DNA of 64,000 bases from a virus (lineage: Duplodnaviria; Caudoviricetes), in IMG/VR virus record IMGVR_UViG_2595698357_000001, positions 1-64,000 of that record, one strand, 5' to 3'. Positions 44,901 to 54,506 of this stretch are shown in pieces. How positions within the stretch are numbered: the first letter of the stretch is position 1; every line of letters starts with the position of its first letter. Both the position numbers and the translations under genes were made by a program. Below the pieces are notes generated by a model that searched no databases, was not told the DNA's origin, and saw only the letters and a list, made by a program, of their open reading frames with translations.

Positions 44901-46804
44901 ACCGTTACCGGACGACTGTGTCTACCCGTGACGTCACGACTTACACCTACACCGACCAGACCACCACGAACTTCGCCGGTGAGCAGATCGTCGAGACCCA
45001 GGTCATCCCGTACATGCGTGAGACCCAGGTTCGTTTCGAGGCTTCAGGTCTGCGCCCGTTCACCAACATGTATGCCTTCTTCTCCGGCCGCAACGTGAAC
45101 GCATACGTTCAGCAGGACGGTAAAGGTAAGGGCGCACAGATGGTGTCCGACGCTAACGGCAACGTGTTCGGTACGTTCTTCGTCCCGCGCAACGACGCCA
45201 TCAAGTTCAACACTGGTGACAACGTGTTCCGCCTGTCTGACAACGCGAATGATAGCCGTGATGAAGACGAGACCCGCACCAGCGCTGAGGCTGTTCACAA
45301 GTCCTTCGGTAAGAAGCAGGGCATCCAGAAGACGTTCGTCAACACGCGCGTCCTGGGTTACACTGCTCAGACCCGTCAGGAGAGCAGCACCAGTGAAGTG
45401 GTTGTCGACACCTGGCGTGACCCGATTGCTCAGTCCTTCATGGTGGCTACCACTCGTGGTGGTGAGTATATCGAGGCGATTGACGTGTACTTCTCCACCA
45501 AGTCTCGCGACGTTCCAATCACCATGGAAATCCGTGAGATGGAGAACGGCCTGCCTGCGTCTACGGTCATCACCCGCAAGACCCTGAACCCGACTCAGGT
45601 ATCGGTGTCTACCAACTCGTCTGTTGCTACCCGGTTCACGTTTGACTATCCAGTCTACCTGAACGCCAACACCGAGTTCGCTGTTGTTCTTCTGGCTAAC
45701 ACCCAGGACTACAACGCATTCATCGCTGAGATGGGCAAGAAAAACCTGCTGAGCAACGAGTACATCGCCAAACAGCCTTACACCGGCGTGTTCTTCACCT
45801 CGTCCAACGGTTCCACCTGGTCTCCAAACCAGATGGCAGACTTGAAGTTCCGTCTGTACCGTGGCCGCTATGCTCAGAACCCGAACGTTGTTCTGTTCAA
45901 CCCTAAAGCTGGCCCACAGTATCGCCCTCTGGGGCTGAACGTAGCCAAAGCGACCAAGTCCTCCGCCACTGTGGTGATATTTGCTCCAGGGCACGGCCTG
46001 ACCACGAACAACAATGTGGTTCTGAAAGGCATGACTGGTGGCTCTGGCATCACGGCTGAAATGCTGAACAAGACTCATGTCGTAACCGACGCGTCTTACA
46101 GCTCCTTCAGCATCAACGTGTCTGCCCCGGCTGACAGTGACGGTACTATAGGTGGCGCTGATGGCTCATTCCTGGGCAACTACCTGGTGAACATGTTCTA
46201 CGCCAGCGTGTCCAAGTCTGTAGTTGACGGCTGCTCTCTGCTGCTGGAGTACCGCTATCGTGATGCTGCCTCTAACTCCTTCTCCGACTGGATCGAGTTT
46301 GAGGCTGATACTGATGTGCCATTGCCTACCGAAGGCATCTATCGTGCCACCACGGACTTCCAGGTGCGCGCTACGATGACCCCAGGCAGTGCCAACCCGT
46401 TCATCGCTCCTCAGATTGACGGCGGGGACTTCAGCATCATTCTCAACAGCTACGGGGTTGACCCATTTGAGGACGTGTTCACCTACGTCACCAAAGACCT
46501 GGGCTTCGACAACCCGTGCACTACCGCCAAACTGTTCTTCGGGGCTATGTTGCCGTCCCAGAGCAGCATGGTTGTACAGGCGAAGGTCATCCGTGCCGGC
46601 CAGACCTCCAACGACGTTGAGTGGCAGAACCTGTCACCACAATCGCCGCTGGTGAATGACGGCTCGAACTTCTTTGAATATGAGTACGATCTGACTGTAG
46701 GCACCAACAACCCGTTTGTTGGCCTGAAGATCCGTGCTCTGGTGCGTGGCTCCCGTGTGGCTCCACCATCCTTCAAAGATTTCCGGATGATCGCATTGGC
46801 TTAA
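41957..46804 (+). CDS. VrlC-like (DUF4815) large virion/baseplate protein
   Basis: 1615 aa; NLNVKPYFDDFD, VQTRELNQIQS, APGAHRL, RRYTMRDIGKLEKRIENVEYYT, DPIAQSF. Confidence 0.9.
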   Translation: MQSTNLNVKPYFDDFDEAKGFQRILFRPSPIKVQTRELNQIQSIFANQIEKFANNIFKDGSVVIPGGLTITNSQVSMKFKLAGGSEFTDLEGIQELYVQSKETGVNGRILSLSRYVSEPDTMFAIIEMIDSGTGTTNSFVPDEDLYFNTYDANDVSIRVGYGVVGTLGGAIVARMTKGVYYVRGMFIDVEDQMLVVDANHNDTDHKVGFNVEEQIITEAEDNSLYSNAQGTPNSKAPGAHRLRVMLTLKRAGYAEAIDNFVELAKIKGGKIQTMVTQTTYNLIEDAMAQRTYEQAGDYNVSAHQIDLREHLKTDTNGGVYTPEEGGDASKMVAVMKPGISYVRGYRVQNQGEINVVIDKARDTANVNNIPVAVATGNFLTTKASKGVPVISRSTRYRLLNSSGGQIGTALLISAERSGAEFRLFLRDIVWTGDRTTFAKISYQDSGVTRFISDLESKEFSQSSSLDLLFDLPVFGVKSLIVGENIDINYSVMRSYKIALDSTGSGSVAAPAGYSFSPEFALYAGAKSDGSAAQIDVSNALTLSGTPVGSALTIHLSSGSANQEIMLMALMVRTTAVIKSKTMSEITDTVTFTNESSKVLTQADGQKLVQVRDATGADVTGNFSFDGGQRDAGYYPSTLSSNLGNIAGVFTVKYQYFAHSAGDFFTADSYNSIPYETIPNYTSQSSGTVYGLADSIDFRGKITNGGSDTDMVRPNSAIIMDVQYYLPRIDAVYVSAEGKFGAARGISSDKLASPAIPDNAMRLYELMIPPYTPNIDNVSINTIDNRRYTMRDIGKLEKRIENVEYYTTLSQLESSAATQQVFDPITGNPRYKNGIAADPFKDYRLIDDLSSDWRGSIDTDTGRLRPFVQQNVIDMAPDSSWTAIKDGMVCCVSTLDVSVAQDYATSTINVNPYAVFNWNGYIKLTPTTDYWFENYYVEPRIINETINTRGTVQPGSVYGTWRTVSVSERVWEPHGAGGVWWGYRYRTTVSTRDVTTYTYTDQTTTNFAGEQIVETQVIPYMRETQVRFEASGLRPFTNMYAFFSGRNVNAYVQQDGKGKGAQMVSDANGNVFGTFFVPRNDAIKFNTGDNVFRLSDNANDSRDEDETRTSAEAVHKSFGKKQGIQKTFVNTRVLGYTAQTRQESSTSEVVVDTWRDPIAQSFMVATTRGGEYIEAIDVYFSTKSRDVPITMEIREMENGLPASTVITRKTLNPTQVSVSTNSSVATRFTFDYPVYLNANTEFAVVLLANTQDYNAFIAEMGKKNLLSNEYIAKQPYTGVFFTSSNGSTWSPNQMADLKFRLYRGRYAQNPNVVLFNPKAGPQYRPLGLNVAKATKSSATVVIFAPGHGLTTNNNVVLKGMTGGSGITAEMLNKTHVVTDASYSSFSINVSAPADSDGTIGGADGSFLGNYLVNMFYASVSKSVVDGCSLLLEYRYRDAASNSFSDWIEFEADTDVPLPTEGIYRATTDFQVRATMTPGSANPFIAPQIDGGDFSIILNSYGVDPFEDVFTYVTKDLGFDNPCTTAKLFFGAMLPSQSSMVVQAKVIRAGQTSNDVEWQNLSPQSPLVNDGSNFFEYEYDLTVGTNNPFVGLKIRALVRGSRVAPPSFKDFRMIALA

Positions 46805-46861
46805 ATATGAGAGGGGTATAGAATTCTATACCCCAACTTCACACCAAATGAGGGATACATT

Positions 46862-47089
46862 ATGAGAGGCATCAAAGTTTTAGGCCATGCGTCCATGTTG
46901 AGAAGCTCTGCTTGTCCTGGCCTCATCGTGTCTACAAACCACGATGCTGCCAATGCGGCGTTTAAAGCCCGCGCGCACGGTGAGTTAAGAGAGCAAATGC
47001 TGGAGTTGCAAGGACGTCAAATCAGGGAACTACAAGACACCCTGCAGATGCTGCTCAAGGCTCAGTCTGGAGGTAAAACCGATGGCTAG
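46862..47089 (+). CDS. Hypothetical protein
   Basis: 75 aa, in the usual position between vrlC and gp13. Confidence 0.75.
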   Translation: MRGIKVLGHASMLRSSACPGLIVSTNHDAANAAFKARAHGELREQMLELQGRQIRELQDTLQMLLKAQSGGKTDG

Positions 47090-47414
47090 CTCAAACGAGA
47101 TCATCAAGCAAGTCATAATTGGAGTGGCGACTTCGGCCGTCATATCTGTGGCGTCCGTGGCATGGTTTCTTGGCAGCATCGAGAACCGAGTTAACGGACT
47201 GGAGAAGGACACATCCAAGGTCGATATGGTGTATGACAAATTAAACGTCATATCCCAACAGATGGCTGTCCTGTCGAATGACGTCAACTATGTGAAGGAG
47301 AACGTGAAAGACCTTCGCGCCAACTCCAACGTGTTGAATAGCGACGTCAGAAAGCTGCAGCAGGATGTCACCATCTTGCAGCGCGAAGACAAGGGGTTCC
47401 GAAATGGCAGCTAA
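47082..47414 (+). CDS. Single-TM coiled-coil protein
   Basis: N-terminal TM followed by heptad repeats. Confidence 0.75.
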   Translation: MASSNEIIKQVIIGVATSAVISVASVAWFLGSIENRVNGLEKDTSKVDMVYDKLNVISQQMAVLSNDVNYVKENVKDLRANSNVLNSDVRKLQQDVTILQREDKGFRNGS

Positions 47415-48156
47415 GAAGATCCTCAACCAAGATGACTTCCGGGCGTATATCCTGCGCAAACTCGGCGCGCCGGTTATCATGATCAACCTGGATAAAGAGC
47501 AGGTCGATGACGCCATCAACGATGCCCTACAGAAATTCTGGGAGTACCATCGTGACGGTAGTCAGCAGAGCGCCTATATCTACCAGGTGACTCAGGAAGA
47601 CGTGGATCGTGGATATATCAAAGTTCCCGAAAACATCGATGACGTGGTAACAGTCATCCCTGGCCCACCTATCGAATCCATCGGTAACTGGGCTACCCCC
47701 CAGTGGCAGATGGCCCAGTCAATGCTTGTACCCAAGGCAGCGCTGGTCTCGATACGCCTGGTCGACTATGTGTCCATGCAACAACGCCTATCTGATATCG
47801 GCAGCGTCCTGAACAACTTCAAAGAGTTCGTCTACAAGAAGTACCAGCGTCGCCTGTACCCGCGCTTCCGCATCGAGAAAGATTACATGTTGGCATTTGA
47901 ATGCTATGAAAACATCGATCCTACCGATGAAGAAAACCAGGAAGCCTGGAACGATATGTGGCTCAAAGCGTATGCGACCGCTCTGGTCAAACGGCGCTGG
48001 GCTGAGGTGCTCAAGAAGGCCAGGGGCATCAAACTCCCTGGTGGTATTGAACTCGACGGTGACACCATGTACAATGAGGCCATCGACGAGATCAAGGAAC
48101 TTGAGGATAACCTCCAGAACGGCCAGCAATACCCCATTGAATTCATGATGGGCTGA
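47404..48156 (+). CDS. 13: Neck protein gp13
   Basis: YILRKLGAPVI.IN, YHRDG, WLKAYATALVKRRW, LPGGIELDG. Confidence 0.93.
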   Translation: MAAKKILNQDDFRAYILRKLGAPVIMINLDKEQVDDAINDALQKFWEYHRDGSQQSAYIYQVTQEDVDRGYIKVPENIDDVVTVIPGPPIESIGNWATPQWQMAQSMLVPKAALVSIRLVDYVSMQQRLSDIGSVLNNFKEFVYKKYQRRLYPRFRIEKDYMLAFECYENIDPTDEENQEAWNDMWLKAYATALVKRRWAEVLKKARGIKLPGGIELDGDTMYNEAIDEIKELEDNLQNGQQYPIEFMMG

Positions 48157-48159
48157 CAC

Positions 48160-48182
48160 AGGGAGCTTCGGCTCCCTTTTTC
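48160..48182 (+). terminator. Intrinsic terminator
   Basis: AGGGAGC-TTCG-GCTCCCTTTTT. Confidence 0.85.
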
Positions 48183-48243
48183 ATAATCACTCCCCTTGAA
48201 TTCCCCGGACTAAGTATATTCATATTGTCTAGGAGAATTTCAC

Positions 48244-48888
48244 ATGGCCACCTCAAAATATTTCAACTACGGCAACCATGTCGGCACTCAGCGGTTGATT
48301 GAAGACCTGGTGGCCGAGATGATCCAACAGCGCGGTGTTGATGCCAAATACCTGCCTCGCTGCATCATCGACAAGAATCCGATTCTGAACGAATCTGACC
48401 ACCAGTTCAAGGAAGCCATCGACCTCGAGATTTACATCGAGGAGATTATGGGCTTCAACGATCTGATGTGGGAGAAGTTCGGCGGCTTGCAGATGCAGGA
48501 TGAGGTGACGTTCACCCTGAGCCAGAAGCGCTGGCGTGAAGTGGTGGCGACCAGTGATGCCCGTGACCAGACGCCCCAGGAGGGTGATATCATCTGGTTG
48601 CCCGTGGCCGGTAAGGCGTACAAGGTCAACAACATCAACAACGATGACGACTTCCTTCAATATGGTAAGTATTACACCTACCATCTGAAATGCACTCTGT
48701 TCCAGTTTGGCAACGAAGATATCGAAACTGGTGATGATGAAATCGACGATATCGATACCCGTCTACAGAAGCTGGATGACAATGATTACTTCGAGGATAC
48801 TCTCAAAGAGATGGATAACATGTTCAACAATGACATCGAAAAAGAGATATCCAACAACAAATCGAAACTGGATTTTGGAGATAAATGA
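48244..48888 (+). CDS. 14: Neck protein gp14
   Basis: QRLIEDLVAEMIQQRG, KFG, PQEGDII, FLQYGK, ETG..EID. Confidence 0.92.
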   Translation: MATSKYFNYGNHVGTQRLIEDLVAEMIQQRGVDAKYLPRCIIDKNPILNESDHQFKEAIDLEIYIEEIMGFNDLMWEKFGGLQMQDEVTFTLSQKRWREVVATSDARDQTPQEGDIIWLPVAGKAYKVNNINNDDDFLQYGKYYTYHLKCTLFQFGNEDIETGDDEIDDIDTRLQKLDDNDYFEDTLKEMDNMFNNDIEKEISNNKSKLDFGDK

Positions 48889-49610
48889 CCATGGCTGCTC
48901 CATTTGAAAAATACGTGTACCGTGGCTCCATCTTCCGTTACCTGGAGCTGTTCAGCGTCGTCATGAGCCGTCTCAAGATTGATACTGAGCGCGGGCTGAT
49001 GCAGGTGCCTATCACGGCTGCGGTCGGGCGTCGTAATGACCTCAACCGTAACCAGCCCGTGAACGCCTTGCCCGTGGCCACGTACATGCTTGGTGACAGC
49101 TTCGAGATTAACAAGGCGATCACGTCATCTTACAAGAATCGCCTGACCTCAGACCATGCTGTCAGCATCCAGCGCATCCCGATCATCTTGCCGGTTGAGT
49201 ACAACCTGAAGACCAAGAAGTACGGCGACGCTCTACAGGCAATCGAACAGATCTACACCACATTCACTCCAAGCCTGGACGTCACAATGGAAGACGCCAA
49301 GACGCTCAAGCAGGAACAGAATATCAAGATCCGGTTGCTGAGCCATAGTGTCATAGACAACTGGGAGAATGATGGCGTGACCCCAATCTGGTATGGCACG
49401 ACTTTCAACTTCGAGATTCATGGCTTTATATACGGTTATGACTTTTGGAATGATACTGATGGCGGTGAGGGTGGCGGCGATCCTAACAACCCACACGTCA
49501 TCAAAGAAGTTATCGTGAAATTGAGTACCGACATGAACACACCATGGCAAGACCTGGATGAGTGGTTCCGTGTCGATAAAGAAGGTGTACATCACCCAGG
49601 AGATGCCTGA
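48885..49610 (+). CDS. 15: Tail terminator / sheath stabilizer gp15
   Basis: VPI, QAIEQI...FTP, FEIHGFIYG; synteny. Confidence 0.85.
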   Translation: MTMAAPFEKYVYRGSIFRYLELFSVVMSRLKIDTERGLMQVPITAAVGRRNDLNRNQPVNALPVATYMLGDSFEINKAITSSYKNRLTSDHAVSIQRIPIILPVEYNLKTKKYGDALQAIEQIYTTFTPSLDVTMEDAKTLKQEQNIKIRLLSHSVIDNWENDGVTPIWYGTTFNFEIHGFIYGYDFWNDTDGGEGGGDPNNPHVIKEVIVKLSTDMNTPWQDLDEWFRVDKEGVHHPGDA

Positions 49611-50308
49611 TGAGCAGTTCAAAAATGTCCCAGAACCTTCTGAAGACGCTGGACGCCCTTGAAGCGAAGGACAATGTCATTCAGAGCACCCCACTCCCAG
49701 GGTTCGAGCCAGGTAAGGATTATGACCCAGATACCGGCGAGTGGACTGGTGATCCCCCGGCTGGCTATGAGCCTATGGTGGCTCCAGAGATCCGTGTGGA
49801 GACAAGGGAGTCCAAGGCTCCTGACTTCTCTAACAGTGATGCCCGTACTGACTATGTTCGCATCCGTGACACCACCTATGCGATGCAGGAAGCAACCCTG
49901 CATATGATGGGTGAGGCGGCTAAGCTGGCTGCTAATACCGAAGCCCCAAGGGCGTTCAGCGTGTTTCGCGAGCTGGGTGAACTGATGCGCGGTCTTAACA
50001 AGGATCTCATGGAGAACCTGAAGACTTACAAGACCGTCACTGTTGGGGATGACCCTTCAACCGACAATGAGACCAACGTCACAGTCAAGACCAATGAGGA
50101 CGGCAGCACCGAAGTTCGCGTCGGCCAGAAGCGGTCTTCCCGTGACCTGTTGAAAGCAATTCGTGAGGCCAAGCGCACTCTCAATGATCGTGAGGCTGAA
50201 GAAGCCACCGATGTTGAAGGCGAGGTGGTTGAGAAGGCTGAATCCCAACCAGAAGCTCAGCCTGAAACACCTGTAGAGGAAACTGCAGATGGCGTACCAG
50301 AAGCGTGA
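49610..50308 (+). CDS. 16: Terminase small subunit gp16
   Basis: DY..IR, EAPRAFSVF, SSRDLLK; precedes gp17. Confidence 0.85.
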   Translation: MSSSKMSQNLLKTLDALEAKDNVIQSTPLPGFEPGKDYDPDTGEWTGDPPAGYEPMVAPEIRVETRESKAPDFSNSDARTDYVRIRDTTYAMQEATLHMMGEAAKLAANTEAPRAFSVFRELGELMRGLNKDLMENLKTYKTVTVGDDPSTDNETNVTVKTNEDGSTEVRVGQKRSSRDLLKAIREAKRTLNDREAEEATDVEGEVVEKAESQPEAQPETPVEETADGVPEA

Positions 50309-52496
50309 TGTAGAATATGCCCCGTTGAAGACGGGGTTCAAGATACCTGACGTCAAATTGCGTATGGACCAAACGTTCATGCGCAAACCGTCCGTGCGCG
50401 CGCCTCGAGTGGAACTTGACCTCACGGTAGCCCAGGAAGATGAGTTCATCAAATGTTCTCTTGACGCCCTGTACTTCGCCAAGAACTACTACAAGATCAC
50501 CACCATTGACCACGGCTTCACCCTGTTCGATATGTTCGATTATCAGGAGCAGCTGTTCCGTGACTTCCAGGCTCACCGATTCAACGCGGTGGTACAGGCT
50601 CGTCAGTCCGGTAAGTGTGTCAAGGGTGACTCTTTGGTTGAGGTCTATGACACCTTCAGCCGGGAATCCTTTACATGCACCATCGAGGAGCTCCACGGGC
50701 GCTTCTCGGGATTTAACCATGCTACCCCTCTAAACCGTATTGGCAAACACGATAAGTTCGTAGACAGCCGTTTCGGCAAGCGATACATGGTACAGACAGA
50801 TACCGGCTGGATTCCTGTCATTGCTGCACACAAAACTCGCAAATATGCTGAGTACAAGGTGGTGACCGAAACCGGGCGGTGCATCCACGTAGCTGACAAA
50901 CATATGTTCTTCAACAAGCGTGACAAAGAAGTGTTTGCTGAAGAACTGCGTGCGGGCGACTTCATCATGACAGTGGACGGCCTGGAGCGTGTCCAGCTGG
51001 TTGCTGAAACCGGTGAAGAGCATCACATGTATGACCTCCAGGTTAAGTCTGACCGGCAGCGCTACTACACCAACGGCTTCCTGTCTCACAACACCACTGT
51101 TGTGGCCGCGTTTCTGTTGTGGTATGCGATGTTCAACGAGGATAAAGAGATCGCAGTTCTCGCCAACAAAGAGAAACAGGCGATCGAAATCCTTGACCGT
51201 ATCCGCAAAGCCTACCAGGATATGCCATTCTTCCTTCAGATGGGCTGTGAGAAGTTCGGCTCAACCCTGATTGAGTTTGAGAACGGCTCCAAGATCTATG
51301 CGTATGCAACGTCCTCTGACTCCATCCGTGGTCGATCTGTATCCCTGCTGTATGTGGATGAGGTGGCGTTCATCGAGAATGACTTCGAATTCTGGGAGTC
51401 TACCTTCCCGGCGATTGCATCTGCTGAGACCTCGAAGTGTATCCTCACCAGTACGCCAAAAGGCCAGCGTGGTTTGTTCTATGACATTGTGACCAAGGCT
51501 AACCCAGACCATGCTCAGTACAACGACTTCAACCTGACTGAGGTTCCATGGTTCAAGGTTCCAGCGTACACCAAGAATCCAGAGTGGGAAGCCAAGCAAC
51601 GTGCCAAGCTGGGCGACGCTCGTTTCGACCAGGAATTCGGTATCCGCTTCCGTGGTTCTGTCGGATCCCTTATCCCGAACAAATGCCTGGAAGCCATGTG
51701 CTCTGCTCTGTATCAGGAGCCAAACGAGTTCACCAAGGTGTACAAGCCATATGACCCGAATCGCAAGTATGTGGGTATCGCGGACACAGGCAAGGGCGTC
51801 GAGGGGGATTACTCTGTACTCCAGATCATCGACGTGACCGAATATCCGTATCGCCAGGCGGCTGTGTATCGCAACAACACGATACCTCCGATGATGTATG
51901 CGTACACGATTGCTGACATGTGTACTCAGTACGGTGAGTGCCCGGTACTGGTCGAGACCAACAACGACGTTGGTGGCCAGGTGATAACCATACTCTGGTA
52001 TGATATTGAATATGAGGGAACCATATTCACATCTGCCGACAACAAGGGTACTGGTAAGCGCATCGGCGGTCGTCGCTCTGAACCGGGTATAAATACAACG
52101 AGCAAGGTGCGCAATATCGGGTGTGCCAACCTCAAAGCTATTATCGAACGCGAGATGCTGGTCATTGAAGACCAAGACACCATCGATGAGCTGAGCACAT
52201 TCATCTTCACTGGCTCCCGTTATGAAGCTGATGACGGTTGTCATGATGACTGCGTGATGCCGCTGGTGTTGTTCTCATGGATGATTAAGCAGGAATTCTT
52301 TGCTGATCTGACTGACAGGAACGTCTCCACCGACATGAAGGAACGCGTATCTGCTAATGAACTGAGCCAGATGATTCCTTTCGGGGGGCGGGTGAGTGCA
52401 ACGCACACTCCTGCTACTCAAGTCACGACGTATGGCTCTGTTCCTGTCGTGGACGGTTCCAGTGGAGTGTCTATGGAAGATTGGTTCAAGGATTAA
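50289..52496 (+). CDS. 17: Terminase large subunit gp17, intein-containing
   Basis: RQSGK|T Walker A, LYVDEVAF Walker B, TSTPKG, DTGKGVEGDYS, HDDCVM. Confidence 0.97.
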   Translation: MAYQKRDVEYAPLKTGFKIPDVKLRMDQTFMRKPSVRAPRVELDLTVAQEDEFIKCSLDALYFAKNYYKITTIDHGFTLFDMFDYQEQLFRDFQAHRFNAVVQARQSGKCVKGDSLVEVYDTFSRESFTCTIEELHGRFSGFNHATPLNRIGKHDKFVDSRFGKRYMVQTDTGWIPVIAAHKTRKYAEYKVVTETGRCIHVADKHMFFNKRDKEVFAEELRAGDFIMTVDGLERVQLVAETGEEHHMYDLQVKSDRQRYYTNGFLSHNTTVVAAFLLWYAMFNEDKEIAVLANKEKQAIEILDRIRKAYQDMPFFLQMGCEKFGSTLIEFENGSKIYAYATSSDSIRGRSVSLLYVDEVAFIENDFEFWESTFPAIASAETSKCILTSTPKGQRGLFYDIVTKANPDHAQYNDFNLTEVPWFKVPAYTKNPEWEAKQRAKLGDARFDQEFGIRFRGSVGSLIPNKCLEAMCSALYQEPNEFTKVYKPYDPNRKYVGIADTGKGVEGDYSVLQIIDVTEYPYRQAAVYRNNTIPPMMYAYTIADMCTQYGECPVLVETNNDVGGQVITILWYDIEYEGTIFTSADNKGTGKRIGGRRSEPGINTTSKVRNIGCANLKAIIEREMLVIEDQDTIDELSTFIFTGSRYEADDGCHDDCVMPLVLFSWMIKQEFFADLTDRNVSTDMKERVSANELSQMIPFGGRVSATHTPATQVTTYGSVPVVDGSSGVSMEDWFKD
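50616..51092 (+). mobile_element. Mini-intein (159 aa) in the terminase Walker A motif
   Basis: Starts CVKGDSLV, block B ADKH, block F MYDLQV, ends GFLSHN followed by Thr; no homing endonuclease domain. Confidence 0.93.
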
Positions 52497-52538
52497 TCGC
52501 TAAATACATTAAATCGAAAACCCCGAGAGGAAAATTAA

Positions 52539-54449
52539 ATGACTACGAATACTTTCAGTGTTGCACCATCGGTCCAGTGGACTGAACGTGATGCAACGCT
52601 TCAAACCACACCAAGTGTTGAGGTTAACGGCGCGTCCGTTGGTACTTTCCAATGGGGTGAAGTCGAATTGCCTGTGCTGGTCACTGGTGGTCCAACTGGT
52701 CTGGTGAAGCGTTTCTTCAAACCTTCTAACGACAACTACATGGACTTCCTGGTTGTTGAAGACTTCCTGAAGTACAGCTCCACTGCGTGGGTTGTGCGTA
52801 TGGTTGGTCCTCTGGCCAAGAACGCCGTGACCAAAGGTCAAACCGCGATCACGATCAAGAACAAGCTGGACTTCGAAGGGGCTACCCCGTCGGCTTCCAT
52901 CACTTGGGCTGGCCGTTATCCAGGCGACCTGGCGAACGATATTGCCATCAACATCTGTGATGCCGCACACTTCGAAGCATGGGAGTACAACAGCCAATTC
53001 GCATATGCTCCTCAGGCTGGCGAGTTCCACGTTGTTGTTGTCGACAAAGTAGGCCGCATCACCGACAGTGCCGGTGCTGTGAGCCAGGTTCAGCGCTTCG
53101 AATTTGCTGGTCTGGCAACTGCCGCCGGTAAGATCGTGCTGGCTGGTGTTGACGTCGCCTATGTCAAAGATGATACCCCTGAAATCGTAGCCACCAAGGC
53201 CGCGACTGTTCTGGGCGCGCTGACTGGTGAAGATGCTGTTTTCGAGAACATCGTAGCCAAGTCCAACACCCTGACCGTCAGCTTCAAGGCCGTTGGCCCA
53301 CAGGCTGAGAGCACTGTTGTGGTCGACGACAAGGGCATCACTGGTACTGTCTCCACTCTGACTGTTGGTTCCTCTGGTACCATCATCAGCGGAGAGAAGT
53401 ATGAGCTGCTGCAGCTGACTCCAGGCGCCAAGCGTTCTGACAGTTCCAACGCCTACTACAAAGACGTGATCAACCAGACCTCCAACTGGGTGTATGTGTT
53501 CGCAGATACCCTGGCCAACGGTCTGATCGAACTGGACGGCGGCGTGAACGATAACACTATCACCCGCAACGCCGGTTTCGACCTGCTGCGTAACGCTGAG
53601 GCATATTCGGCCAAGCCAATCTTCGGGGCATGCAACACCATCTCCGAACAACAGGCTGCTATCGATGCCTCTGGCGCGCGTCGCGACTCCGTGACCTTTG
53701 TCAGCCCACTGCGTGACGCTGTTGTCAACAACCGTGGTCGTGAGACTGAGTCGGTTGTTGCATGGCGCCAGAGCCTGGTTCGTGACTCCAGCTATTTCTT
53801 CATGGACGACAACTGGGCGTATGTGTATGACAAGTACAACGGCGTGAACCGCTGGATCCCGGCCTGTGGCGGTACTGCTGGTGTGTGGGCGCGTACCATC
53901 CAGATCGCTGGTATCTACAAATCCCCAGCGTTCCACAACCGTGGCAAATACAGCAACTACATCCGCATGGCGTGGTCTGCTGACTCTGACCAGCGCGCTC
54001 AGCTGTACAAGAACCAGATCAACAGCATCGTTACCTTCAGCACTGAAGGCATCGTGTTGTACGGCGACAAGACTGGTCTGACCCGTCCAAGCGCATTCGA
54101 TCGCATCAACGTGCGTGGTACGTTTATCATGGCCGAGACCAACATCGCAGCCATTGCTAAATACTACCTGGGTGAGAACAACGACGCGTTCACGCGCCAG
54201 CTGTTCACCAACGCCGTTACCCCATACGTTCGCCAGCTGATCGGCATGGGCGCTGTGGTTGATGGTAAGGTCAAGTGCGACGACGATAACAACCCTGCGG
54301 CGGTTGTCGCAGCTAACCAGATGGTTGCCGGTATCTGGCTCAAACCAGAGTACAGCATCAACTGGGTGTATTTAGATTTTGCTGCCGTCCGCCCAGACAT
54401 TTCCTTCGAGGAAGTGGAAAACGGTGGTGGTATCGTGGCCGCTTCGTGA
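52539..54449 (+). CDS. 18: Tail sheath protein gp18
   Basis: FQWG, YDKYNGVNRWIP, SPAFHNRG, LYGDKT, SAFDRINVR. Confidence 0.96.
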   Translation: MTTNTFSVAPSVQWTERDATLQTTPSVEVNGASVGTFQWGEVELPVLVTGGPTGLVKRFFKPSNDNYMDFLVVEDFLKYSSTAWVVRMVGPLAKNAVTKGQTAITIKNKLDFEGATPSASITWAGRYPGDLANDIAINICDAAHFEAWEYNSQFAYAPQAGEFHVVVVDKVGRITDSAGAVSQVQRFEFAGLATAAGKIVLAGVDVAYVKDDTPEIVATKAATVLGALTGEDAVFENIVAKSNTLTVSFKAVGPQAESTVVVDDKGITGTVSTLTVGSSGTIISGEKYELLQLTPGAKRSDSSNAYYKDVINQTSNWVYVFADTLANGLIELDGGVNDNTITRNAGFDLLRNAEAYSAKPIFGACNTISEQQAAIDASGARRDSVTFVSPLRDAVVNNRGRETESVVAWRQSLVRDSSYFFMDDNWAYVYDKYNGVNRWIPACGGTAGVWARTIQIAGIYKSPAFHNRGKYSNYIRMAWSADSDQRAQLYKNQINSIVTFSTEGIVLYGDKTGLTRPSAFDRINVRGTFIMAETNIAAIAKYYLGENNDAFTRQLFTNAVTPYVRQLIGMGAVVDGKVKCDDDNNPAAVVAANQMVAGIWLKPEYSINWVYLDFAAVRPDISFEEVENGGGIVAAS

Positions 54450-54453
54450 TACA

Positions 54454-54475
54454 AATGCCCTCTTCGGGGGGCATT
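54454..54475 (+). terminator. Hairpin / terminator after gp18
   Basis: AATGCCCTC-TTCG-GGGGGCATT. Confidence 0.65.
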
Positions 54476-54506
54476 CCATTTCAATAAGTTCAGAGAGGTT
54501 ATTGCA

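Noticed and set aside
47082-47414. Holin or spanin call
   Set aside because: Only a TM plus coiled coil, with no overlapping lipoprotein partner or diagnostic motif.
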